Counted from the stretch's first letter, positions 1-9,063 are shown. The stretch: 64,000 bases of DNA from Candidatus Peribacteria bacterium (GCA_943350395.1 CALRAD010000001.1:35860-99859); one strand, 5' to 3'. A program made the numbers and translations. The notes: generated by a model from the letters alone, not told the origin.

Positions 1-55
1 GGATTGTGGGGCAACCAGCGGGTGTGGGTGAAATAAGAAGAAAGAAATGAAAGAA

Positions 56-78
56 GAGGGCTTGGAGCCCTCTTTTTT
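56..78 (+). terminator. Rho-independent terminator-like hairpin, ending a gene that lies upstream of the window
   Basis: GAGGGC-ttgga-GCCCTC stem-loop (56-72) followed directly by T6 (73-78). Confidence 0.5.
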
Positions 79-152
79 GATGTATCAACATACTTCCGTG
101 ATATTCCTGTTTACGGTACCATTTCCCCCTTTACCTTGATGCAGGCCAATCC

Positions 153-2789
153 ATGGAATCACAATCGCCAATCTACATACCCGACCGCCCGAGACTGATT
201 GTCAATAATGGAACAGTGCTTGCTGAAGAATTCGTACGATTGCTTAAAGACTGGAGACAGCAGCTCAATCAAATTTTCAGCAAGAAGAGCAACGAAGACA
301 GCAGCTGGCCACCTGAGGATCCTCTGAAATGTTTTCGTCAGTATTTTAATAGACCTGTTCTCGCTCGCGAACTTGCGCTTGAAATCGCCAGTATCATCAC
401 TGAAATCGAAGCCGATGGCGGTCGATTTGGGGACAAAATCCTGTATCCACATCAGTTAGGGCAACTCAAGTGGCTCGTAATGGCTCTCATTGAAGATGGA
501 AGCTCGTTCCTCATTGAGAATGCTCCCGGAACCGGAAAGACATTGGTTTTAGGCATCATCATGCATGCTGCAACACGGCTTCAGATTCGAGGAATTATGA
601 AAGAGAATGTGATATTTGCCACACATAAGCCCTTCACGCTCGCACAGCAAGCCTTCAGTCCGGAAGACCGACTCCGTCGTCTGGCATTGCCTCCGACCTA
701 CGCTGACATCAGCGAAGAATGGACATATTTCCAATCGGTCTTCGGAAAAGAAACGAACATCACAGGTAAAAAAGAAGACTGGAGGAAGCTTCGTCTCGAA
801 CGCATCCGAAGCTTGCAAGAAGCGAAAGAAAGAATTCGCACCGTGATGTTCAGAGAAGGGAAAGCGAATCCGAAAGAAGATTCCGCATTCGAAGCGGGCC
901 TTGCGATGTCCGCAAGACTTCTCTGCGCGGAGGGCGCTCTGATCGACGACATCGACGGCGGACAAATGATTCTCCCACTGTCGGAACGTGACATAGCGTA
1001 CGACGAAGGAGTATTCGGATTTTCGGGTGATGCCGGCAAAGGCATTCCCAACTGGTATGCCGATGCAGGATTCGTCCTCACGCGCAAAGGAGGAGAAAGC
1101 AATGCGGATCAATTGATCGAGAAAGCTGCAGGACGAGAAAAAATGCATCAAGTTCGAGTTGCGATGCTACTAGCAAGATCAATCCTCTCTTGCCAAAAAA
1201 GTCTGCATGAAATATTGGAAAATACCGGCCTTATCCTGATCGATGAGGGGAGAAACTCCACGACTGCCTTCCAGGAAGCGATCGATAAAATCAGAAAGAA
1301 AAAGAGGGATGCCGCGATCGTGTGCATGGCAACGGCTCTCAGAGTCACCAACGGCACCGAGAGTCGGCCACATGCAGATCGCTTCTCTCTCCTGCTGAGC
1401 ACCGAAGAAGCTATCGAAGCAGGTGTGCTTCCGAATGTCGGAGTCGACGTCTTCCCGGGCGTATCAGAACCTCTGTACCCCTCCGACAGCGTCCAAGGAC
1501 TGGAGCAATTGATCAAGAGGCACTTCACAGACTTAGAAATACCAAAAATGATCAAGCAACCGCAATCGTACGAATGCAACAGCGTCGTCGTCGTGGCACC
1601 CGACAGCATCGAAGCGACTGTACGAAGACTCCGCGAAGAGTATGCCGCACGCGGTCTTCCAGCTGTCGTCATACCATTTAACAACAGCAAAAAGTACAAC
1701 GGTGGAAATATTCATCCTCCCAAGAGCGATAGAATCTTTGCAGGAATGCTCGATGAAGTACACGATGAACATGGAAAATTGATCCCGAAAATTCTCGTGT
1801 CTGCACCGGTAAACATTGCCGATGCACTTAGCCTGACAAACCTAAGAAACGTGACGATCGGAACCTCGAAAAATGTCGGCATAAGAACAATCAGAAGAAT
1901 TTTCAACAGGTTGGAACACTCGAATCTTCACAAGTCAGTCGGATCGAACTATCGCGGATATTTCCGTCAACAATTGACAAAGGAAACTCTACCAGAAGAA
2001 ACGTTGTTCCATATCCTTGGCATGGATGCGGGACTTGATAAAGACTTGGAGAAACACGGAAATATTCGCTGGGTCGGACTTCAGGCGCTGCTTGGCAAAA
2101 AGAAAAGAACTCAGGACAAGAAACTCGTTCAAACAATGAAAGCGACACACATCCCGTTTACAAAAGAAGCATTCGCCCGAAGAGGCACTGCAGAAAGCCA
2201 ATCTTTATTGCAATCGGAGCACGAACGAAGAATGGCAATGATCAGCCGTACAGAGCGGAAAGGACTGACAGCAAAGGAAATGATGGAAGCTCCTGAATGG
2301 CAAGCTCTGATCGCGTTGTGCCCCATGGCACGAAAGGATTGGAAGAACGAACAAACGAGAAGCGAGTTCAGGAAGATGCTCCTGTCTGTTGCAAACCTGC
2401 TTGCAACGCCGTTCATGCAAGATCGAAACTGGGGAGCGTGGGAAGGAAGGCTTCTTTCTGCATTGGAAAAATCTTTCGATGATCCGGAGTCCTGGCTTGA
2501 AACCGTGCAGAAAAAACTAGCCTTGGGTATCAATTTTGGAACGTACTGGGACAAGAAGCCTACACTCACACTTCCCAAAGTGAACATCGAAGAAGACGTT
2601 GAATCGACAAATTCCGATCATTGCGATGATCCTGATGCAGACCTTGAAGCGGATGATGCTATTGAAGCGATCGAACTCGAGACAGGCGAAGATGACATGA
2701 GCCAATATCTTGAGGGCGATGCCTTGTTTAGCGACGATGACCTAACAAGTGACGAGGATTTCTCTTCCGATTTCCCCTTCGATCAATAA
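153..2789 (+). CDS. Divergent superfamily-2 (ResIII/SNF2-like) helicase-family protein with a very acidic C-terminal tail
   Basis: 878-aa ORF. LYPHQLGQLKWLV is followed by the Walker A-like ENAPGTGKTLV. The motif II-like sequence is LILIDEGRN. A second RecA-like half is suggested by VVVVAPDS...KILVSAP...TIRRIF. The last ~60 aa are D/E-rich (DDPDADLEADDAIEAIELETGEDD...). Confidence 0.6.
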   Translation: MESQSPIYIPDRPRLIVNNGTVLAEEFVRLLKDWRQQLNQIFSKKSNEDSSWPPEDPLKCFRQYFNRPVLARELALEIASIITEIEADGGRFGDKILYPHQLGQLKWLVMALIEDGSSFLIENAPGTGKTLVLGIIMHAATRLQIRGIMKENVIFATHKPFTLAQQAFSPEDRLRRLALPPTYADISEEWTYFQSVFGKETNITGKKEDWRKLRLERIRSLQEAKERIRTVMFREGKANPKEDSAFEAGLAMSARLLCAEGALIDDIDGGQMILPLSERDIAYDEGVFGFSGDAGKGIPNWYADAGFVLTRKGGESNADQLIEKAAGREKMHQVRVAMLLARSILSCQKSLHEILENTGLILIDEGRNSTTAFQEAIDKIRKKKRDAAIVCMATALRVTNGTESRPHADRFSLLLSTEEAIEAGVLPNVGVDVFPGVSEPLYPSDSVQGLEQLIKRHFTDLEIPKMIKQPQSYECNSVVVVAPDSIEATVRRLREEYAARGLPAVVIPFNNSKKYNGGNIHPPKSDRIFAGMLDEVHDEHGKLIPKILVSAPVNIADALSLTNLRNVTIGTSKNVGIRTIRRIFNRLEHSNLHKSVGSNYRGYFRQQLTKETLPEETLFHILGMDAGLDKDLEKHGNIRWVGLQALLGKKKRTQDKKLVQTMKATHIPFTKEAFARRGTAESQSLLQSEHERRMAMISRTERKGLTAKEMMEAPEWQALIALCPMARKDWKNEQTRSEFRKMLLSVANLLATPFMQDRNWGAWEGRLLSALEKSFDDPESWLETVQKKLALGINFGTYWDKKPTLTLPKVNIEEDVESTNSDHCDDPDADLEADDAIEAIELETGEDDMSQYLEGDALFSDDDLTSDEDFSSDFPFDQ

Positions 2790-2797
2790 ATACACTC

Positions 2798-3574
2798 ATG
2801 GAAAACTACGTACCAAAACCCGGCGATATCCTCATCAGAAGGCTCATTGATCGAACTCCGGATCCCCTAGTCGTAAACAACAAATTGACCGAAGCAGGCA
2901 AGCGGGTCAAAAACAATTGCAAACTGCTTGCTGAAGAATTTCGGCTGGAACTGTTGCATTTTCTGATCGATGGAGAACAAAGCGTGACTGCCATGAGCGA
3001 TCACTTTGGAATGACTCAACCTGCTGTGTCTTATCACCTTGATCTACTCAAGACCGCTGGACTGTTCTCTGATCGAAAAGACGGCAGATTCATCAATTAC
3101 TCAATCTGCGAATCAGGCAGAAGGATTCTCGAAAATGCTGCAGATTTTTTCAGAACTTTCGGTTCCAACGACAATGAACATGGAGTCGACACACCGTATG
3201 AAAGCAGCCAGAAAGAAGAGCCAGTCGATCGACATGCATTGCTGTTTTCCATCGTCCAAGCATTCAAAGATGACATGCGATTTCTCATTTTCAATCTACT
3301 GAAAGAACAGGAACTGAACGTCGAGACGATGTGCGGTGAACTGAAGCAGAGCCAACCTGCGGTTTCCCATCATCTTGCGCTACTTCGAGAGGCCAATCTG
3401 CTTTCTATGAGAAAAGAGCATCGACACAATTTCTATTCCATTCCTCCGAAAGCAAGAAATACGCTCGCTCTTGTTGCCGAGCAGCTCGATTGTATCGCTT
3501 TGCAAGCGATCGGAGCTGCTCTTCCCGATACGGAAGCGACGCCAAGCAAGAAGAATAAGCGTAGACTGAGGTAG
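2798..3574 (+). CDS. Transcriptional regulator with two tandem ArsR/SmtB-type winged-helix domains
   Basis: Two internal copies of the ArsR signature: SVTAMSDHFGMTQPAVSYHLDLLKTAGL...RFINYSI and NVETMCGELKQSQPAVSHHLALLREANL...HNFYSI. Starts 9 nt after the helicase stop. Confidence 0.75.
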   Translation: MENYVPKPGDILIRRLIDRTPDPLVVNNKLTEAGKRVKNNCKLLAEEFRLELLHFLIDGEQSVTAMSDHFGMTQPAVSYHLDLLKTAGLFSDRKDGRFINYSICESGRRILENAADFFRTFGSNDNEHGVDTPYESSQKEEPVDRHALLFSIVQAFKDDMRFLIFNLLKEQELNVETMCGELKQSQPAVSHHLALLREANLLSMRKEHRHNFYSIPPKARNTLALVAEQLDCIALQAIGAALPDTEATPSKKNKRRLR

Positions 3575-3575
3575 C

Positions 3576-4037
3576 ATGTCCGACCCCTACCTCGATCATC
3601 TTCCAAGTCGCGAGCGTGAGAAGATCCGAAAGAGACTTCGCAGCCCTGCAGAATATGAAAGACTTCGCGAAAAGGTGAAAGGACCCGAAGATCTTGAGCG
3701 AGAAATGACAAAGAATGCAGAGTTTGCCGAAGCAAAGCTGGCTCTGGAGAATGAACCAAGGGTTCGAGAGAAAGCCAAAGAACAAATCAAGGCGTTCATT
3801 CAGGAAAAAGGTCTGGACAGCGCACTCGAACATTCTTCGGAATCAATCAAAGATTCGATGACAAAAGGATCATTTGATATCACGGTGGACACGAAGGGGC
3901 ATGAACCGAAGCTTGCCGTAAAAATACAGAATCAGTCGAAAGGCTCAGACCAAATACCTAGTGGCAATGTCTCAGAAGTATTCAGTCTAAAGCCAGCATT
4001 GCAGCAGCAAATACTTGATTTATTCAGATCTTCATAA
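3576..4037 (+). CDS. Hypothetical K/E/R-rich charged protein
   Basis: 153-aa ORF starting 2 nt after the previous stop. No recognisable motif. Charged N-terminal half that looks helical. Confidence 0.55.
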   Translation: MSDPYLDHLPSREREKIRKRLRSPAEYERLREKVKGPEDLEREMTKNAEFAEAKLALENEPRVREKAKEQIKAFIQEKGLDSALEHSSESIKDSMTKGSFDITVDTKGHEPKLAVKIQNQSKGSDQIPSGNVSEVFSLKPALQQQILDLFRSS

Positions 4038-4102
4038 TTGCATTGAGCCCTGAAATATGAGACTATAAGTGAATACTTTTTTTGATCAGTGAATATAGTT
4101 TT

Positions 4103-4414
4103 CTAGAAAATATTTGAATGTTGATTCATGAAATCCAAAAGATGATCATCCTGTGCAGCCCTATTCCTAGAGGTTTTTCCGCACTTCAGGCATCTGTAGA
4201 CGATCACAAATCCTTTCTTACTCTCTTGATCAACCGAGACAGGTTCGAGGAGACCAAGGCAGGAAGAAAGTCGATCCCCAGGCCCGTCCCTATCTACATG
4301 CTTCGAGTACAAGCATTTGGGGCAATGATCTCGATAGGTTCCCTTCCCGAGCGGATTTACCTGCTCTCCGCAATGTTCGCAGACAAACAATTCTTCTCTC
4401 GGGATGAATGGCAT
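4103..4414 (-). CDS. RNHCP-domain zinc-binding protein
   Basis: CEHCG...YRDHCPKCLYSKHVD...YRCLKCGK matches the RNHCP-domain Cys/His pattern. Lies 3 nt downstream of ychF. Confidence 0.6.
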   Translation of the reverse strand: MPFIPREELFVCEHCGEQVNPLGKGTYRDHCPKCLYSKHVDRDGPGDRLSSCLGLLEPVSVDQESKKGFVIVYRCLKCGKTSRNRAAQDDHLLDFMNQHSNIF

Positions 4415-4417
4415 AGG

Positions 4418-5512
4418 CTAAACATTGAAACGGAAGTGCATCACGTCGCCGTCTTTGACAACATATTCTTTGCCTTCCACTCGAAGCTTTCCTGCCTCTT
4501 TCGCCTTCGCTTCTCCTCCGCAGGCAATAAAATCAGCAAAGCTGATTGTCTCTGCTCTGATGAACCCTTTCTCGAAGTCCGTGTGAATCACGCCCGCTGC
4601 TTCGGGTGCAGTTGCGCCCTTCTTCACCGTCCACGCTCGAACTTCTTTTACTCCTGCCGTGAAGTACGTCTGAAGACCAAGGGCATCGTAGGCTCCATGG
4701 ATCAGACGATCCAATCCTGATGTCGCTATACCAAGCTCCTTAAGCATCCCAAGTGCATCCTCGGGGCTCAGTTCGATCAGTTCTTCTTCGAGTTTCGCAG
4801 AAACCAAGACGGCAGTATCGGATTCCGAAAGTCCTGCCTTTGCTTTCGCCTCTGAGATTGGCAGCACTGCAATCGACTTCTCGTCTGTGTTCAGGGCGTA
4901 AATCATCTTCTTAGAAGTAAGCAACTCCAAGCCTTTGAGAATCGGCTGTAGTTCTTTATCAATGACAACAGTCGATGCAAGCTTTCCCGAATCGAGAGCA
5001 GACTTTACTTTCGTAAGTACATCGAGTTCCTTCACAAGTTCTTTGTTTCCCGACCTCGCTCCACCGTCGATCTTCGAAATCTTCTTCGACACTTTGTCGA
5101 GATCGGCGATGATGAGCTCTGCCTCGATAATTTCTCTATCTCGCTTCGGGTCGATCGTACCCTCGACGTGGATGATCTCTCCGCCATCAAAAATTCTGAC
5201 GACATGACAGATGGCATCAACTTCACGAATATGCGACAAAAAGGCGTTCCCCAGTCCTTCTCCTTTGCTTGCACCCTTCACAAGACCTGCAATATCAACG
5301 AACTCAACAATGGCTGGAACGACTTTCTCCGGAGTAATAATCGCCGCAAGTTGCTGCAGTCTTTCGTCGGGTACTTCGACGATGCCGATATTCGGCTCGA
5401 TGGTGCAGAACGGATAGTTCGCCGCCTGAGCTCCATGGCTGCGCGTGAGTGCATTAAAGAGCGTTGATTTTCCAACGTTTGGGAGGCCTACGATTCCGAT
5501 TTTGAGAGACAA
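4418..5512 (-). CDS. ychF: Ribosome-binding ATPase YchF
   Basis: KIGIVGLPNVGKSTLFNALT, NYPFCTIEPN and the C-terminal TGS-like VVKDGDVMHFRFNV. I chose the TTG at 5512 (gives M-SLKIGIVG, 364 aa). The ORF track's ATG at 5542 adds 10 aa and is an alternative start. Confidence 0.9.
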   Translation of the reverse strand: MSLKIGIVGLPNVGKSTLFNALTRSHGAQAANYPFCTIEPNIGIVEVPDERLQQLAAIITPEKVVPAIVEFVDIAGLVKGASKGEGLGNAFLSHIREVDAICHVVRIFDGGEIIHVEGTIDPKRDREIIEAELIIADLDKVSKKISKIDGGARSGNKELVKELDVLTKVKSALDSGKLASTVVIDKELQPILKGLELLTSKKMIYALNTDEKSIAVLPISEAKAKAGLSESDTAVLVSAKLEEELIELSPEDALGMLKELGIATSGLDRLIHGAYDALGLQTYFTAGVKEVRAWTVKKGATAPEAAGVIHTDFEKGFIRAETISFADFIACGGEAKAKEAGKLRVEGKEYVVKDGDVMHFRFNV

Positions 5513-5552
5513 GCCGCGGTATCCTAGCAGAAATACGTACACGCGCGAAGCG

Positions 5553-5690
5553 CCTCATCCCCTAACCCCTTCTCCCGCTGAGGCTGGGGAGAAGGGGGAG
5601 CCCTTATCATTCTTGAGCAAACTTTTTCTTAGTAGCGGTGCCCCCCTCTCCCCAAGCGCATCAGCGCTGGGAGAGGGGTCGGGGGTGAGG
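5553..5690. repeat. GC-rich palindromic MITE/REP-like element, family 1, copy A
   Basis: Imperfect terminal inverted repeats: CCTCATCCCCTAACCCC ... GGGGTCGGGGGTGAGG. Internal hairpins: CCCCTTCTCCC-gctgaggctg-GGGAGAAGGGG and CCCCTCTCCC-caagcgcatcagcgct-GGGAGAGGGG. Fills the queA-ychF spacer. Confidence 0.7.
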
Positions 5691-5695
5691 CAAAA

Positions 5696-6730
5696 TCAGA
5701 GGATCAGCATACCGTCTCCGAAAGAAAAAAGCCTCATCTTCTGGTCAATCGCCTGCTTGTATAGCTCAAGTAATTTCTTCCTCCCTGTAAAAGCCGAAAC
5801 AAGCATCAGGAGGCTCGATTTGGGCACATGAAAATTCGTGATGAGCGAATCGACAAAGTGCAGCTTTGAATCTTCTGTCAGAAAAAGCTTCGTTGACCCC
5901 TGCGGTCTTGTAATCACGCCCTTATATGATGCCGATTCCAATGTGCGAACGGTTGTCGTTCCAACTGCGACAATATTTCTCCCTTCTTTTTTCGCCAATG
6001 CCAGTCTCTCCGCAGTCTCTTGATCGATTGAATAGAATTCCTCGTGTAAAATACATTTTTTTACCTGATCTTCAGTGAGAGGTGCAAACGTTCCGAGCCC
6101 TACATGAAGCGTAATATACTCAACTGATCTTCCTGATTGTATAACTTTTTTGATCAATTCCTGAGTGAAATGAAGACCGGCTGTTGGAGCAGCCACGGAG
6201 CCCTGATCTAAGGCATAAACAGTCTGATACTCGCTACGTCTTCTTGCTTCGGGAAGTGGTGAATCTTTCATATACGGAGGCAAAGGTGTTTCTCCATGCA
6301 GAAGAAGATTCTGGATCAATTCTTCGATGGGAAATGACGGCGTAAGGATTGCCTGCTGATCATGACGATGCTTGACTGTAAATGAGAGGCCTTTCGCCCA
6401 TCGTAAAATATCTCCTTGCTTAAGAGAGCCCGAAGCTAAGACGCGAATGGCACTTCCGACAGTCTCGAGATACAAAGCCGAGATCAGTCCTCCCGTATAC
6501 TTTTTCAGTGTCATTTTTGCAGGAATAACTTTGGTTTTATTGAAGACGACAACGCAGTTTTGAGGAAGGTAGTCACAAATGCTTGCAAACGAATCGAACG
6601 ATACTGCATCACTTGTTCGATCGTAGACAAGCAAACGCGCCGAGTCCCTCGGAGAGACGGGCTCTTTTGCAATCAGTTCAGACGGAAACTTGTAGTCATA
6701 CGCCGAAAGAATACTTTCAAACGTGGGCAT
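5696..6730 (-). CDS. queA: S-adenosylmethionine:tRNA ribosyltransferase-isomerase
   Basis: FDYKFPSELIAKEPVSPRDSARLLVYDR, LPPYM, TAGLHFT and VGTTTVRTLES. The start is set at the ATG at 6730 (MPTFES), directly after the proS stop. Confidence 0.9.
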   Translation of the reverse strand: MPTFESILSAYDYKFPSELIAKEPVSPRDSARLLVYDRTSDAVSFDSFASICDYLPQNCVVVFNKTKVIPAKMTLKKYTGGLISALYLETVGSAIRVLASGSLKQGDILRWAKGLSFTVKHRHDQQAILTPSFPIEELIQNLLLHGETPLPPYMKDSPLPEARRRSEYQTVYALDQGSVAAPTAGLHFTQELIKKVIQSGRSVEYITLHVGLGTFAPLTEDQVKKCILHEEFYSIDQETAERLALAKKEGRNIVAVGTTTVRTLESASYKGVITRPQGSTKLFLTEDSKLHFVDSLITNFHVPKSSLLMLVSAFTGRKKLLELYKQAIDQKMRLFSFGDGMLIL

Positions 6731-6731
6731 G

Positions 6732-8273
6732 TTAGTACGCTTTCGCAACGTAAATTCTCTTCGCAAATGCACTAGGTTTTCCGGAGACGGGATCCATCAT
6801 CCCATTGGCATCTTCTTTCCCGTCAAATGCGAAGCAGCGATACGTTCCTCCCGAAGTCTCCGCCTTCAGCTTCTCTACTGTCTCTTTCGTCCCATCCCAC
6901 GCAACGAGTGCCCACTGACCCGCTTCGAGCGCAGCTTTCAGGTCTGCAAAATTCTCCGGTTCTGCAATATTCTTCGATCTCTTTTCCAGTGCTCTTGCGA
7001 ACAGAGTCTTCTGATCCTCGTCTAGCATCTTTTCGACTGCCTTCGGTGCATCCGACAAAGACACCTTCTGCGCATCATCACGGCTTCTGATGCGACTCTT
7101 GATCATGCAGGAATTCTCCGCAAGATCTCGAGCACCAAGCTCAATTCGAATAGGCGTACCCATTCTAATCTGATGGAATGTTTTATCTCCAAGGCGCGCA
7201 TCCCTCGCATCAATACGAACAGTGATCTCTCCTGCGGTCTCCTCGAATCCATTGGCTCTGCCATGCACCGCATAGATCGTTTTCGATTTGCTGATGGACA
7301 CTGCAAGATCTCGCACTGCCTTCAAGACTTTTTCATTCTCTGCGGCATCAGGACCAAAAATCGGGAGAATACACACTTGGACTGCCGCAGCCTTTGGCGG
7401 AATCACAATGCCGTCATCGTCTCCATGCGTCATGATCATCGCTCCGATCAGGCGTGAGCTCACCGCCCAAGAATCGTAGTACGGAACGGTGCGCTCTTCT
7501 TTCTCATTCAGGAATGACACGCGCGGGCTGCCATCAGCATCGATCAGAAAGTTCTGCGACAGCATGTGACTTGTTCCCATCTGCAGTGCCTTGCCATCCT
7601 GCATCATACTCTCGATGGTGAACGTGTTATCAGCACCCGCAAACTTCTCGTGACTCGGCTTGTCGCCTCGGATCACAGGAATCGCAAGCACTTCTTCGCA
7701 AAGCTCTGCAAAAAGATCGAGAATACCGAGCGTAAATGTCCTGCACTGTTCTTTTGTCGCAAAAAGACAATGACCTTCGTGCCAGTAAAACTCCGTCGTC
7801 CGAAGAAATGCCCTCGGGCGCTTCTCCCACCGAACAACACTTCCCCACTGGTTTACAAGTAGCGGCAAATCCCTGTAGCTCTGTACTTTTCCAGATCGTC
7901 CGTACCAGTCCACGAACAAAAGCTCGGACGTCGGTCGAACGTAATACGGCTCTGGGAGCTTGCTCCCGCCTGCATGCGTCACAACTGCCGCTTCCGGTGC
8001 AAAACCCTCTACGTGCTCTTTCTCACGGAGAAAGAAGCTCTCCGGGATGAGTGTCGGAAGCAAGATATTCTCGACTCCCATGGCACGAAATCTCGGATCC
8101 AAAAAATCTCTGATCGACTGCCAAAGACGCGTTCCAAGCGGACCGAATGTGATGCAGCCAGTAACCGGAGACTCGTCATACAGATCCGGCGCATGTGCAA
8201 TGACATCCTGATACCACTGCGGAAAATTCAGTGCGCGGGGTGTGATGAGTTGTTTCGCCATAGAACAGGGCAT
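6732..8273 (-). CDS. proS: Prolyl-tRNA synthetase, archaeal/eukaryotic-like type
   Basis: FPQWYQDVI...GCITFGPLGTRLW, FAPEAAVVTHAGG, RPTSE and WEKRPRAFLRTTEFYWHEGH. The start may instead be the MAKQ at 8261. Confidence 0.9.
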   Translation of the reverse strand: MPCSMAKQLITPRALNFPQWYQDVIAHAPDLYDESPVTGCITFGPLGTRLWQSIRDFLDPRFRAMGVENILLPTLIPESFFLREKEHVEGFAPEAAVVTHAGGSKLPEPYYVRPTSELLFVDWYGRSGKVQSYRDLPLLVNQWGSVVRWEKRPRAFLRTTEFYWHEGHCLFATKEQCRTFTLGILDLFAELCEEVLAIPVIRGDKPSHEKFAGADNTFTIESMMQDGKALQMGTSHMLSQNFLIDADGSPRVSFLNEKEERTVPYYDSWAVSSRLIGAMIMTHGDDDGIVIPPKAAAVQVCILPIFGPDAAENEKVLKAVRDLAVSISKSKTIYAVHGRANGFEETAGEITVRIDARDARLGDKTFHQIRMGTPIRIELGARDLAENSCMIKSRIRSRDDAQKVSLSDAPKAVEKMLDEDQKTLFARALEKRSKNIAEPENFADLKAALEAGQWALVAWDGTKETVEKLKAETSGGTYRCFAFDGKEDANGMMDPVSGKPSAFAKRIYVAKAY

Positions 8274-8306
8274 AGGTTATAGGTTATAGGCTGAGCAATC
8301 TAGGAC

Positions 8307-8335
8307 TTTCGCAGAGAGCGAATTGTTCCTATACT
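8307..8335 (+). promoter_or_regulatory. Putative sigma70-like promoter upstream of tRNA-Asn
   Basis: TTTCGC-17 nt-TATACT. Similar TTTC/TATACT-type boxes occur upstream of the fusA leader and of rpoC. Confidence 0.25.
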
Positions 8336-8365
8336 CTGCCAGCGTTCGTTCCTTAGAAAAGACTA

Positions 8366-8446
8366 TTCCCCTGCCTGCAGGCCGACCTGTCCCCCGAAGC
8401 CCAGAGGCAAAGGGGGAAGCTCCGCATCAGCGGAGCGAAGGATCCA
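8366..8446. repeat. Degenerate family-1 palindromic element, copy D
   Basis: TCCCCC...GGGGGA stem, plus a perfect GCTCCGC-atca-GCGGAGC hairpin (8419-8436). This resembles the gcatcagc hairpin in copy A. Confidence 0.4.
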
Positions 8447-8493
8447 CCTTTGGCTGAATAGTAACTACTACGCGCTCTTTTACTCTCATTCAT

Positions 8494-8568
8494 TCCCCTG
8501 TAGCTCAACGGTAGAGCACCTCGCTGTTAACGAGGGGGTTACTGGTTCGAATCCAGTCGGGGGAGCCA
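8494..8568 (+). tRNA. tRNA-Asn (anticodon GTT), with encoded CCA
   Basis: Cloverleaf folded by hand. Acceptor TCCCCTG/CGGGGGA, D arm GCTC/GAGC, anticodon arm CCTCG-ctGTTaa-CGAGG, T arm ACTGG-ttcgaat-CCAGT, discriminator G, then CCA. Confidence 0.9.
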
Positions 8569-8574
8569 TTCTCT

Positions 8575-9063
8575 ATGACGGATTATCAATCACTGTTGCG
8601 CGCGTTCAATAAGGAAGGTCTGAAGTACCTTATCGTCGGTGGTGTTGCCGTCAATTTGCACGGGTATCCGCGTTTTACGAATGACATTGATATTCTCCTT
8701 GCACTCGATCATGAAAACTTGGCAAAGATGGCACGAATCATGCAGGACTTTGGGTATCAACAGAGACTTCCTATCTCCATTCAGGAGTTGGATGATTCTG
8801 ATAAAGTTCGCACGCTAATCAAGGAAAAAGGTCTCGTTGCGTATTCGTTCATACACGTGACTGAGCCGCAATTTAACATTGATGTGTTGGTTGGACAGTC
8901 CGCGGAATTTGAAAAATTCTCTGCTCACAGAATGAAAGCTGAAGTCTGGGGGCTCGAAGTTCCTGTGGTTTCCATCGACGATCTTATTGCGATGAAAAAG
9001 GATTCTGATCGTGAAAAAGATATACAGGATGTTGTCGCTCTTCTAGAATTGAAAGGCTTATGA
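8575..9063 (+). CDS. Minimal nucleotidyltransferase-fold protein (MNT/DUF6036-like)
   Basis: VGGVAVNLHGYPRFTNDIDIL fits the G[GS]-x(9-13)-DxD NTase signature. The C-terminal part reads IDDLIAMKKDSDREKDIQDV. The ATG lies 7 nt after the tRNA CCA end. Confidence 0.55.
   Translation: MTDYQSLLRAFNKEGLKYLIVGGVAVNLHGYPRFTNDIDILLALDHENLAKMARIMQDFGYQQRLPISIQELDDSDKVRTLIKEKGLVAYSFIHVTEPQFNIDVLVGQSAEFEKFSAHRMKAEVWGLEVPVVSIDDLIAMKKDSDREKDIQDVVALLELKGL

Noticed and set aside
5445-5831. 128-aa ORF spanning the queA-ychF spacer (PHPLTPSPAEAGEKGEP...).
   Set aside because: It is simply a read-through of the family-1 palindromic repeat and of antisense queA/ychF sequence, so it is not a gene.
8274-8296. A short tandem GGTTATA repeat next to the proS start codon.
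   Set aside because: There are only about 2.5 copies of a 7-mer. This is indistinguishable from chance, and no function can be inferred.
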